A stretch of 64,000 bases of DNA from a virus. Lineage: Duplodnaviria; Caudoviricetes. The translations under genes were made by a program, and so were the position numbers. The notes below the pieces were generated by a model. That model saw only the letters and a program-made list of their open reading frames with translations, was not told the origin of the DNA and searched no databases. Positions 45,438 through 53,904 of the stretch are shown here, piece by piece. Where the stretch lies: positions 32,001-96,000 of IMG/VR virus record IMGVR_UViG_3300050156_000143; one strand, 5' to 3'. The first letter of the stretch is position 1; each line of letters opens with the position of its first letter.

Positions 45438-46020
45438 AAATTTGTGAACATTCACTGCACTACGTTTCGTTCATTTATCACAAATTTCAAATTTATAATA
45501 TTAAAATTTATAAGGAAGAAAGTACAGACGTAAGACGGCACTCACGCCTTTCTCGTAAGCGGGAGCCTTGATAGGCCCGGTTAGTGCTTCTATTGCGTCT
45601 CGGTTTTGTCGATCAGACAATCTGTGTGTGTTTCTACGCATCGTTGAACTTGGAATCCACCAAGGTAACATATGATTCAATATGTTCCGACTTGCCCTCA
45701 CAGCCCGCGCGGTGTCCCGCTTGACGTTTTCTCTCCTTCGCCACAACCTTAAACGATCCTACCAATTTCTAGTTATTTTGTATTCATCGCGCCAATAATC
45801 CCATCGAACTACTGCAAACAAAATAACTTTACTTTCGATCTCTACATAACCTCACGATTATGTACGCCCATTACCTAGGGGAGGACAGATATTGCCCCGG
45901 CTAAACATTGATAGTATTGTTTTTCATATTGAAACAACCTGATATCTCCGTTTACGAATCCTAATTGATTCACAGCGGCCAATGACTTAATCTACAGAGA
46001 GGGGTGAGTGATGCCCCGAA
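45438..46020 (-). ncRNA. Candidate large structured non-coding RNA
   Basis: TAAATA at 46025-46030 with no following ORF; many short hairpins; 8-bp long-range helix 45557-45564/45715-45722. Confidence 0.5.
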
Positions 46021-46062
46021 CTTGTATTTAACCATCTTTTTCAGATTGTGTCAAACGTTTTT

Positions 46063-47370
46063 TTACAAACTGTACAGCCCGTTCCGTAAAATCGATGCTA
46101 AGAGAATGTGTCCACTTTCGTTTGGGTGAAGCCCATCTGTGCTATATGCGGTGTTCCACTGATAATTGCTGTTTTGCGTCACATCGTTTCCCAAGAACAG
46201 TCCGATATTTCTCATGTTGATATATGTAGTAACGTCTGTTCCTGCTCGTGTGTCGAACATTTGGTTCAACAAATCGAGGGTGCCCCCGAGTCCACAGCCA
46301 GACTGTGGTGTTAGCCCGTCTGTTGATGTTCTGTTTAATACAGATGGTCGATGAATGACAATTGGGAGGCCACCTGGTGCTTGTCCCGCGACCCGCACAG
46401 TGTCCCATAATGTTTTGCTAGAAGAATACACTAAATCTGCTAAGGTCTGTCCACCGCTGAACCCGATATTGTTGATTCCGTACTCTTCGACATACGTGTT
46501 TGCATATTTGGCAATAGTAGACAATCTGGCTAATGCGGTGCCATCAATGTTCCAGGCGGTTGAAACTCCCCCACTGCATCCAGTGTTGCACCCAGCAATG
46601 GCAACATTCGTATTTAAATCCGTTTGGAACAACGCACGATCAAAATATGACCCGCCGCCGATATTTGGCCTAGAGGTTGAACCCACTCCCTCCACGATCG
46701 AATCACCGATTCCGAGCACCGATCGCTTATCTCCCCCCGCGAATGTCCCCACCACTCTGACACAATTCCACAGTACGGGCGAATTTGATACTGACCCAGA
46801 CCACGTAAACCCAGCGTCGCCAGTTGATAGATTAGTTACGAATCCCGCCGCTGGGTCGTATTCTAAACAGTATAATGTGCCGCTGCCCGATACCATACCC
46901 GGACAAGTTATCGTCTTCCCCCCTACACTCGCGGTTGTTTCCACGGTGACTACAATCCGAGTTCCCCTGGGGATCACTCCATCCGTTAACCCCAATTGAG
47001 ATGGGGTAATGACGTCAGACAATAATTCGATGTCGCCGGGGTTAACGGTTAGCGAGGCTGATCCCCCCCACGTTGCTAAAACTGATGGTTTTCCAACACA
47101 TTTAATCCACACACGGCGAGTTACTGGGTTCGATGCGTTAACTGTGCGATCAGTGCTGATGTACCATCCCTGGTCTACCAATCTGATTGTGGACAAATCA
47201 CCCGAACCCACTGTTCCGATAACTCTCGAAGCTCGCACATACCGAGACCCCCCAAGCGAGGCCTCGGATGATGGGATGATATTAGCCCCGGCCAGTGCAT
47301 AACGATAAGGCGACAGCGCAGTCCGCTTGTGGTGATAGTTCCACGACAAGTTAGTTGCACTCAATCTCAT
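46063..47370 (-). CDS. SGNH/GDSL hydrolase-domain late protein
   Basis: GIGDS, GCSGG, YGINN, DGLHPN blocks. Confidence 0.85.
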   Translation of the reverse strand: MRLSATNLSWNYHHKRTALSPYRYALAGANIIPSSEASLGGSRYVRASRVIGTVGSGDLSTIRLVDQGWYISTDRTVNASNPVTRRVWIKCVGKPSVLATWGGSASLTVNPGDIELLSDVITPSQLGLTDGVIPRGTRIVVTVETTASVGGKTITCPGMVSGSGTLYCLEYDPAAGFVTNLSTGDAGFTWSGSVSNSPVLWNCVRVVGTFAGGDKRSVLGIGDSIVEGVGSTSRPNIGGGSYFDRALFQTDLNTNVAIAGCNTGCSGGVSTAWNIDGTALARLSTIAKYANTYVEEYGINNIGFSGGQTLADLVYSSSKTLWDTVRVAGQAPGGLPIVIHRPSVLNRTSTDGLTPQSGCGLGGTLDLLNQMFDTRAGTDVTTYINMRNIGLFLGNDVTQNSNYQWNTAYSTDGLHPNESGHILLASILRNGLYSL

Positions 47371-47963
47371 GATAATTCCGTGATTTCCAACGTTGCATTC
47401 GAGGTTGCGTTACTGTCACGGATGATTGCAATGTTTGCTCCGGTGGGAACTAGATAGTCTATCCGTTCCCCAGCCCCAACGAAGTGCGACGCGGTTGCAG
47501 ATGCGGTTTGAGCGCCAACTCCGACGGAAAATCGCACGTCCGAGGTACGTGCGTACATTGTGATGCGTCTACATGCCGCGCTCAAGGCGGTGTTGCTGCT
47601 AACAGTTGTCGCAGAAAGTTGTCGTGCTACACCAGGCATACCCAGAACATCTATTAGCAATCTGCCACCATCGTATGTTAGCCCGGATGTGCCCGCTTGA
47701 AATGTATCGGACGGTTGAACTGATACAAGACCGCCCCCCCAAATCCAAATACCAGTGTCCCCCGCTTTAATGGTGATGCTTTCACCCAGCTTGAGTTGAT
47801 ACCCAGATCGGTCATACACCCCCGGTGCAGCAACGGAAGATTGTATGTATGCGACTCGCAGGGTCTTGTTTTGTATTGTAATTGATGCGCCTGGGGTGAG
47901 ACCACTAAGCGTGTAAACGTTTTGCCATGAGTCGTTTAATTGGCAGTCCGAATAAGTTGTCAA
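47367..47963 (-). CDS. Late beta-rich structural-type protein
   Basis: TAAATA (47983-47988), GGAG SD, TTG start. Confidence 0.7.
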   Translation of the reverse strand: MTTYSDCQLNDSWQNVYTLSGLTPGASITIQNKTLRVAYIQSSVAAPGVYDRSGYQLKLGESITIKAGDTGIWIWGGGLVSVQPSDTFQAGTSGLTYDGGRLLIDVLGMPGVARQLSATTVSSNTALSAACRRITMYARTSDVRFSVGVGAQTASATASHFVGAGERIDYLVPTGANIAIIRDSNATSNATLEITELS

Positions 47964-48012
47964 GATTGATGCTCCAAAACAGTATTTACCGTTTAATATG
48001 GCAAAAAGCAAC

Positions 48013-48042
48013 GCAAAAAGCCACCCTAGGGTGGCTTTTTGC
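48013..48042. terminator. Terminator, perfect 30-bp palindrome
   Basis: gcaaaaagccaccctagggtggctttttgc. Confidence 0.9.
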
Positions 48043-48050
48043 TATTGGGT

Positions 48051-48332
48051 TTATTCCCACCCGGATACTGTCAACCGAAATCTCACAGGATATTTGACCA
48101 ATTTGTGATCCACGTTTTCTTCAACTTGCACACAAAATCCTTCCGACAATAAATCACGTTGCAAGTGACTAATGTCATCGAGGGACAATCTCGGATGATC
48201 GTATAGTAATTGAGTGGACGATTCGCCTCTTCGTGCAGCGTCAGTGATGTTTTCTAATGCAGATGGAAATAGCTTAGATCGTTTTGCATTGCGGTATTCG
48301 TGTTTGACCTGTTCTAGTGGAGTAATATTCAT
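48051..48332 (-). CDS. Hypothetical protein, paralog of 49598-49876
   Basis: Shared L..EGF.VQ..EN...L.VSGW tail. Confidence 0.7.
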   Translation of the reverse strand: MNITPLEQVKHEYRNAKRSKLFPSALENITDAARRGESSTQLLYDHPRLSLDDISHLQRDLLSEGFCVQVEENVDHKLVKYPVRFRLTVSGWE

Positions 48333-48349
48333 AATGTTCTCCAAGGCGG

Positions 48350-48655
48350 TTAAAACGTACTCAATTTTGCCAAGCACATCATGGTGTTTAATATGGCTTC
48401 AGCGTGGGCTGTATTCTTGATGAGCAAAGTGGTATAAACTTCATCTGCGTTGTTGCAATCATCAAATATAACATCAACCAGCGTCACGTTGAAAACATTA
48501 TCAGCAGAAGTTTTCTCAAGCCGAATTTTCAAAAATGCGTTGTTGCGGATTTCGGGGGTTTTGATCACCTGATTGGTTTCGATGCAGCCAATCTGCAAAA
48601 GAATTGCCCTTTCCTGGGCATTTAGTTCCAACAATCCTCCAAACGATTTTGCCAT
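48350..48655 (-). CDS. Hypothetical protein
   Basis: 101-aa ORF. Confidence 0.6.
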   Translation of the reverse strand: MAKSFGGLLELNAQERAILLQIGCIETNQVIKTPEIRNNAFLKIRLEKTSADNVFNVTLVDVIFDDCNNADEVYTTLLIKNTAHAEAILNTMMCLAKLSTF

Positions 48656-49192
48656 TATTTGCTCCTAACGTATTGATTAATAGATTTCACTATTTTGGGA
48701 ATATCGTGGCCGTAGAATCCAGAACAGTTTATCCAGTTGAATTCCACGATTCTAGTTCCAAACGGGGTGATTGCAGTGTCCATCACGCATGTGTGGTGTG
48801 GAAGCCAAACGTCAGCTAACGATTGAGCTTGTGCTAATAAGCCATTATCGGCGTGTTCACATGACGCCATATTGTTTTTACGGTAGCGAGACCCGTCGAT
48901 TACTTTGGAATCCACAATGAACCAACGGTGTTCTTCAAGAATTTGTTTAACCGTACTGACTAAAACTGGGGTAACCGGGTCGATCTTTCACTATCTCCCT
49001 CAATTTGGTCGAGTCGTAAGGGACAGTGTGAGGAAAACTGTCGTCAAACTCACTAAGTGGATTCAGCCCATCGTCGAATGGACGAATGTTTACCCCGACT
49101 ACTTTACCACCATCGTTCAAAACGGCCCACGCCAGTTTTTCATCGTTTTTGTTTTTTGTGAACGACGTTTGGATTGCCCATTGGACTTTCAT
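48655..49192 (-). pseudogene. ATP-grasp (R2K-like) gene broken by frameshift/internal deletion
   Basis: N-part to STKL in one frame; IDPVTPVLVSTVKQILEEHRWFIVDSKVIDGSRYR..MDTA..IVEFNWINCSGFY in the +1 frame. Confidence 0.65.
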
Positions 49193-49193
49193 A

Positions 49194-49505
49194 TTAAATT
49201 TTCCCAGTGATAGAAAACCACTGGTTCTTCTTTGTGTGATGGTGTTTCAATTTTAACCCCATCGTGATGGCACGGTCTTTCGGAATTTCGTAAACTTTCA
49301 CTGGCCAATATCCAGGTTCATATACTCGTGCTTGAACACGTTGTCCGTGTTTGTTGGTTTGCTGTTGATACTTCCCAGTCCATTTTCGACGGTGTTTTTC
49401 GAGATTGAAAAACCGAACAGGGGCATTTCCTGACATGTCATCGGCGGAGAGATACACCCCGATACCCGAACTAGCAACCCGAACTAGCAGTCCACCAGTG
49501 ACCAT
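49194..49505 (-). CDS. Hypothetical protein
   Basis: 103-aa ORF. Confidence 0.6.
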   Translation of the reverse strand: MVTGGLLVRVASSGIGVYLSADDMSGNAPVRFFNLEKHRRKWTGKYQQQTNKHGQRVQARVYEPGYWPVKVYEIPKDRAITMGLKLKHHHTKKNQWFSITGKI

Positions 49506-49597
49506 ATTTTACGACTCGTATCACCTCTTCATAAGAGGAACAACGTTTGGTCAACATTGGGGGAAATGTGGTATACAATTTTTCATGATGTTTACTT

Positions 49598-49876
49598 TCA
49601 AATCCAACCAGAGACAATCAGTTGGTATGCCGCAGTGGTGCCGTCATACAACATCTCGTTTTCTGAGAGTTGAACATCGAACCCTTCCAACTTCAATGTG
49701 GTAACCAACGTCTTCATGGTGTCTTCATTGAACCACGGTTCACGTGCAAAATTGAGCACAACAGACGCTGCGCCAGCAGCGATTCCAGCAAAAATGTCAC
49801 TCGACACTTGCGAAACGTTGGATTTGGGTTGGCATGCGGCAAGATGAGCTTTCTTGGCGGTTTCAATGGCATACAT
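49598..49876 (-). CDS. Hypothetical protein, paralog of 48051-48332
   Basis: Ends LKLEGFDVQLSENEMLYDGTTAAYQLIVSGWI. Confidence 0.7.
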   Translation of the reverse strand: MYAIETAKKAHLAACQPKSNVSQVSSDIFAGIAAGAASVVLNFAREPWFNEDTMKTLVTTLKLEGFDVQLSENEMLYDGTTAAYQLIVSGWI

Positions 49877-49956
49877 TGTGGTGTTCCGGTTGAGTTGGTG
49901 AACGTGACCACACAACCGGGGGGTCGAACTGGGGAAAAGTTGACTATACGGTGTGG

Positions 49957-50370
49957 TCATTTTGAGATAAACCGTCTTATCACCTTCTTTTTCACTCGCG
50001 TCATGCTTGCAATTTTCACATAGCAGGTGACTAACCAGACAAAGCAATAAACAACGATGGTTGGTAGTAGACCAGCCCAACCTGTTGGTGCTTGTCGATG
50101 TAAGGTTGTTTTTAGACCGTCGGCCATACATTGCGCCACGGTTAGGTCATCGATGACTTGATATAACAGCATTATTGCGGTCTCGGTGGCGTCACCGTAG
50201 TCGTCTGGCGGAAGAAACTGCAAAATGACCAGATTAGATTCTCCCATATGTGTCACACCGTATATTGGTTCATACTGTTCAACGTCTACTCCCAGCATGT
50301 TCAAATATTGAACTGCCTCATATTCGGCAGATTCTGGCACGACGATGTATTTCACTATTTGACGCGCCAT
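49957..50370 (-). CDS. Hypothetical protein with C-terminal hydrophobic segment
   Basis: WAGLLPTIVVYCFVWLV then basic tail. Confidence 0.6.
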   Translation of the reverse strand: MARQIVKYIVVPESAEYEAVQYLNMLGVDVEQYEPIYGVTHMGESNLVILQFLPPDDYGDATETAIMLLYQVIDDLTVAQCMADGLKTTLHRQAPTGWAGLLPTIVVYCFVWLVTCYVKIASMTRVKKKVIRRFISK

Positions 50371-50609
50371 TTATGCGCTTCTTTGATCAGTGCTTGGATT
50401 ATGTCTTGATCGATTTCGGCGGCCAATTCCCCCATGAACACATCACTCGACGTGGATGTCTCATATCCCAAACGGACAAAAGTTAGTGTTTCGGGTGAGC
50501 AGTCGTTGGGCGAATTTATGGCTGAATATGTCAGATAATGCTTTATATTATCTCCCAAAAGTTCCGTTAAATGTGCTCTGTCATTATCGGATAAATTGAT
50601 TAGTATCAT
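50355..50609 (-). CDS. Hypothetical protein
   Basis: 84-aa ORF. Confidence 0.6.
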   Translation of the reverse strand: MILINLSDNDRAHLTELLGDNIKHYLTYSAINSPNDCSPETLTFVRLGYETSTSSDVFMGELAAEIDQDIIQALIKEAHKWRVK

Positions 50610-50859
50610 TTTGTTTATTTTGGTTATTCCGTACAGCGTTCATCATTCTAACCGATTCAAGCAGTGACTGTCCAAGAGTCAATTGACGTTGACAATCATA
50701 CATCAAAGTCAACCACGTATACACCTCAGTAGACACCCCGGTGATTTTGTAATAAGTGTGACAAATCTGTAAATCAAACCGGTATTCAGTTTGTAATTCA
50801 GTTAAATGCCGAGTAACGTCATCGTTGACTCCAATAATGTATATCACAGTTTTATCCAT
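50584..50859 (-). CDS. Hypothetical protein
   Basis: 91-aa ORF coupled to cysS. Confidence 0.6.
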   Translation of the reverse strand: MDKTVIYIIGVNDDVTRHLTELQTEYRFDLQICHTYYKITGVSTEVYTWLTLMYDCQRQLTLGQSLLESVRMMNAVRNNQNKQNDTNQFIR

Positions 50860-52049
50860 TTTGTTCCTTCGTTTGTGTCATTGATGTAAACACCTGACTC
50901 CAACAACTGTGCTTTCATGGTGTCTGCTAGATTCCAATTCTTTTCCATCCGAGCCATGTCTCGTTGTTTTAAGATGGCGTGCTCAGAAACAGACATCTGA
51001 CCATTCGGGTATATCCCCATTATACCCATAATGGCCTTCACTGTTGGATACTCTGTTGATGTGTGGAGTTCAGAGATTGCGTTCACTGTGTTGAAATCGG
51101 TGTCCATATGGTGCTTAACACGTTTTGCAACACCTTGCTCAAAATTTGGTTCGCACCCGTTTCCAGTCACTTTGAGGGCCAACGTCACCAATGAACGTTT
51201 TGCAGCTTCGATCGCATCCCAAGTGAAATCAATTGGACTAGCGTAATGGGTGTTCAGAAAGTAGTATCGTATCACTTCTGGGGAATATTTTTCCAACAAT
51301 TGTTTTATGGTGATAAAGTTTCCCACCGATTTACTCATTTTGGCGCCATTGATATTCACACTGCCATTGTGCATCCAGTAGTTTGCCAAAGGTTTTCCAG
51401 ATAATGTTTCTGATTGGTGCCTCTCATTTTGGTGATGCGGGAATTTCAAGTCCATGCCACCACCATGTATGTCAATGGTGTCTCCCAATATTGACTGGCA
51501 CATGGCGGAACATTCTATGTGCCACCCTGGCCGACCGTTTCCGAAAACGCTTGGGTAAATCGCATCTGATGGCTCATGTGGTTTTGCTGCCTTCCACAGA
51601 TAAAAGTCATCCCCATCGTTGTTAAATTTCACTCCATCGTCTACCACATAGGCGTCACCCTGTTTCACCAAGTTGTCGATCATTTTAAGCATACTGGGCA
51701 CAAAACGAGTTGCTTTTGGGGACATGGTGGGAGGCAAGATTTTCAATTTGGAGAAATCGTCGCGCATCGAATTTTCGTATTTGTCGGCCACGTTCTTGAT
51801 AGAAACACCATCCTGCACGGCACGATCGATGATTTTGTCGTCAATGTCAGTGACATTTTGAACAAACGTGACTTCGTAGCCTGACACGATTAACCATTTT
51901 CGTATCATGTCGAACACGGTTGCCGACCGTGCGTGACCAATATGGCAGTCAGCATATACGGTGACGCCACACACGTACATAGACACTTTACCTGTGATGA
52001 TTGGTGTGAATTCTTTTGTCGTTGCGGTTAACGAATCGTAGATGTGCAT
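50844..52049 (-). CDS. cysS: Cysteinyl-tRNA synthetase, shortened (401 aa)
   Basis: YVCGVTVY, HIGH, GRPGWHIECSAM, DIHGGGMDLKFPHHQNE, KMSKS. Confidence 0.95.
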   Translation of the reverse strand: MHIYDSLTATTKEFTPIITGKVSMYVCGVTVYADCHIGHARSATVFDMIRKWLIVSGYEVTFVQNVTDIDDKIIDRAVQDGVSIKNVADKYENSMRDDFSKLKILPPTMSPKATRFVPSMLKMIDNLVKQGDAYVVDDGVKFNNDGDDFYLWKAAKPHEPSDAIYPSVFGNGRPGWHIECSAMCQSILGDTIDIHGGGMDLKFPHHQNERHQSETLSGKPLANYWMHNGSVNINGAKMSKSVGNFITIKQLLEKYSPEVIRYYFLNTHYASPIDFTWDAIEAAKRSLVTLALKVTGNGCEPNFEQGVAKRVKHHMDTDFNTVNAISELHTSTEYPTVKAIMGIMGIYPNGQMSVSEHAILKQRDMARMEKNWNLADTMKAQLLESGVYINDTNEGTKWIKL

Positions 52050-52479
52050 GATGTGTTGGATTTTCATAAGTGTTGGAGTTGATGGCACGCGGTTTGGGCA
52101 TATTGGGCAATAAGTTTCCATAACAGTATTGAATAGCGTGGACGCGATATTCCGGCGATTCGTAAATCACTCTGAGCCAACATATGAGATCATGGTGGTA
52201 ACACGGGACTTTTAACAAATAGTGTGTGGTCAGCCATCGACTGCGCCTATAGTCACACCGTACAATGTCCAGGCCATATGGATTTGGTTGTTCTAGTTGT
52301 ACCCCCGGATAACTCAATGCTAATACCATGATGCCAGGATTGTTCGTTAACACGTTGGGAGCAAACACAAACGCGATCGCATCGATGTGAAAATATGAAT
52401 GCTCGGCCTCCTGAAACACTACCCAACTATGATGAACGCAATGTGTGGCGCATTTTGGCCCAAATTTTGTGAGGTACAT
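51988..52479 (-). CDS. Hypothetical protein
   Basis: 163-aa ORF overlapping the cysS start. Confidence 0.45.
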   Translation of the reverse strand: MYLTKFGPKCATHCVHHSWVVFQEAEHSYFHIDAIAFVFAPNVLTNNPGIMVLALSYPGVQLEQPNPYGLDIVRCDYRRSRWLTTHYLLKVPCYHHDLICWLRVIYESPEYRVHAIQYCYGNLLPNMPKPRAINSNTYENPTHHAHLRFVNRNDKRIHTNHHR

Positions 52480-52563
52480 GGGTAATACAGTGATGATTTA
52501 TTCAGACCGTTCCGCGTTGTTTATGACGAGAGTTACTTGGTCAGCATCGTGGATGTGCGTCAC

Positions 52564-52743
52564 TCATTGACTTGATTCGGACATATTTGGACTACACGAT
52601 GATTTTCCGGGGGGCGTTTCATGGGCTAACCAAAAGTCGCTTCGCGCCCCACATAGAGGGCACTCCACTATTCTTGCTGCCTCATTTGGTAACCTAACTT
52701 CTCCCCGATAGTTACATTCCAGACACTGGTAAAGGATTATCAT
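52564..52743 (-). CDS. 59-aa zinc-ribbon protein missed by ORF track
   Basis: YQCLECNY...VECPLCGA. Confidence 0.65.
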   Translation of the reverse strand: MIILYQCLECNYRGEVRLPNEAARIVECPLCGARSDFWLAHETPPGKSSCSPNMSESSQ

Positions 52744-52831
52744 AAAGTATAAAACTCCGATTTACGATGCACTCACCATCGGCGAATCGAATCAACTACA
52801 AGAACTGGGGTGGATACATTCTGAGCATATA

Positions 52832-53575
52832 TCATAGGAACGCTTCTGAAAGCATGGTTGATACCACGTGTTCCAACGGTGCATTGAAAGTGACTACATC
52901 GGATACCAAAACTTTCAATGGCCCACCACCCAAACTCACGGGCACCACTTTAATTCCATCTTCCCGTAGGAGCACCGCAGTGACCAAGGTTTCTTCCATT
53001 GACGCCATCGGTTTGCGAATATACACGACAACAGTCGGGACATTGGCACCCTGGATATCATCAACGGTGCTCCCTGGCATCAAATCGGCAATTTGGAACG
53101 GCAAATCCCCGATGCGGTTCAGCTTGCTAATTTCAACTGAATAATTCTTACAGGCAATGTTTAAGTAGTCTGTGAGCACATACATGGTGGACGTTAGTTC
53201 GACACCATTCGTGAGGACAATCCCACAATCCAATTTAGTGAACCCGTTATTCAAATCGGTTGGTATAACGATTTGATCAATTACTCCAATTTCCGCAATC
53301 GGTTGCGTGAGCGGGCAGTCAACGTCGCTATCATCTTGGCATTCATCGTCAAATAAGTGTTTTAACTGGGTATCTGTCAAACTTTGCCATTCATGGATAG
53401 TCCCACATTGAACACACACGTTGAAATTACTTTCGCCCGACCCGATTCCATTGTTTAATTCGGGGATGCAGTCACTCATGTTTAGCCCAAGATGGGGCAC
53501 ATCGGCATTACACAAATCGCGGTATTTCATGTACAGCGAAATGAACTTGATGGAATTGCAGTTTTTGCAGATCAT
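52832..53575 (-). CDS. Hypothetical Cys-rich protein
   Basis: CKNC and CVQC motifs. Confidence 0.7.
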   Translation of the reverse strand: MICKNCNSIKFISLYMKYRDLCNADVPHLGLNMSDCIPELNNGIGSGESNFNVCVQCGTIHEWQSLTDTQLKHLFDDECQDDSDVDCPLTQPIAEIGVIDQIVIPTDLNNGFTKLDCGIVLTNGVELTSTMYVLTDYLNIACKNYSVEISKLNRIGDLPFQIADLMPGSTVDDIQGANVPTVVVYIRKPMASMEETLVTAVLLREDGIKVVPVSLGGGPLKVLVSDVVTFNAPLEHVVSTMLSEAFL

Positions 53576-53596
53576 CGTGATTTTCCTGGTATAAAA

Positions 53597-53866
53597 TTAG
53601 ATGTTGAATTCAATGTCGCTGACACATAACCCCGAACTGTTTTGGAACCCTGATCCAACTTTGGAATAGCCCAGATCGCGTTTAATCCAGGCATACAGTT
53701 GATCGGTCATTGATTGTTCTTCGTTGTGATATTCGTCTATCTGGTAGAGTATGTCGGCAATGTCCCACAACCCACTCCCAAGCATGAATTCACTTAGAAA
53801 CTGTTTGAAATCATTGTCACACATCGACTCCACATCGACCCGTAGAATGAGAAATGTTTTGCACAT
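53597..53866 (-). CDS. Hypothetical protein
   Basis: Start after hairpin ggggc-TTCG-gcccc. Confidence 0.6.
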   Translation of the reverse strand: MCKTFLILRVDVESMCDNDFKQFLSEFMLGSGLWDIADILYQIDEYHNEEQSMTDQLYAWIKRDLGYSKVGSGFQNSSGLCVSDIEFNI

Positions 53867-53904
53867 GATAATAAGGGGCCGAAGCCCCATTTTGGTGAGA
53901 TTGG

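Noticed and set aside
44971-45746. ORFs 44971-45303, 45188-45436 and 45501-45746
   Set aside because: Low-complexity or motif-less translations, overlapping on opposite strands, no clear RBS.
45438-46020. RNase P RNA, tmRNA, group I or group II intron
   Set aside because: Only partial look-alikes (GAGGGCAAGTC, GTTCAACGA, GAGCC..CGGTT); partner elements not found and no interrupted gene. Left as unclassified pending cmscan.
52498-52566. TGA read-through of the zinc-ribbon ORF (21 more open codons)
   Set aside because: A short open stretch is expected by chance; no read-through or SECIS signal seen.
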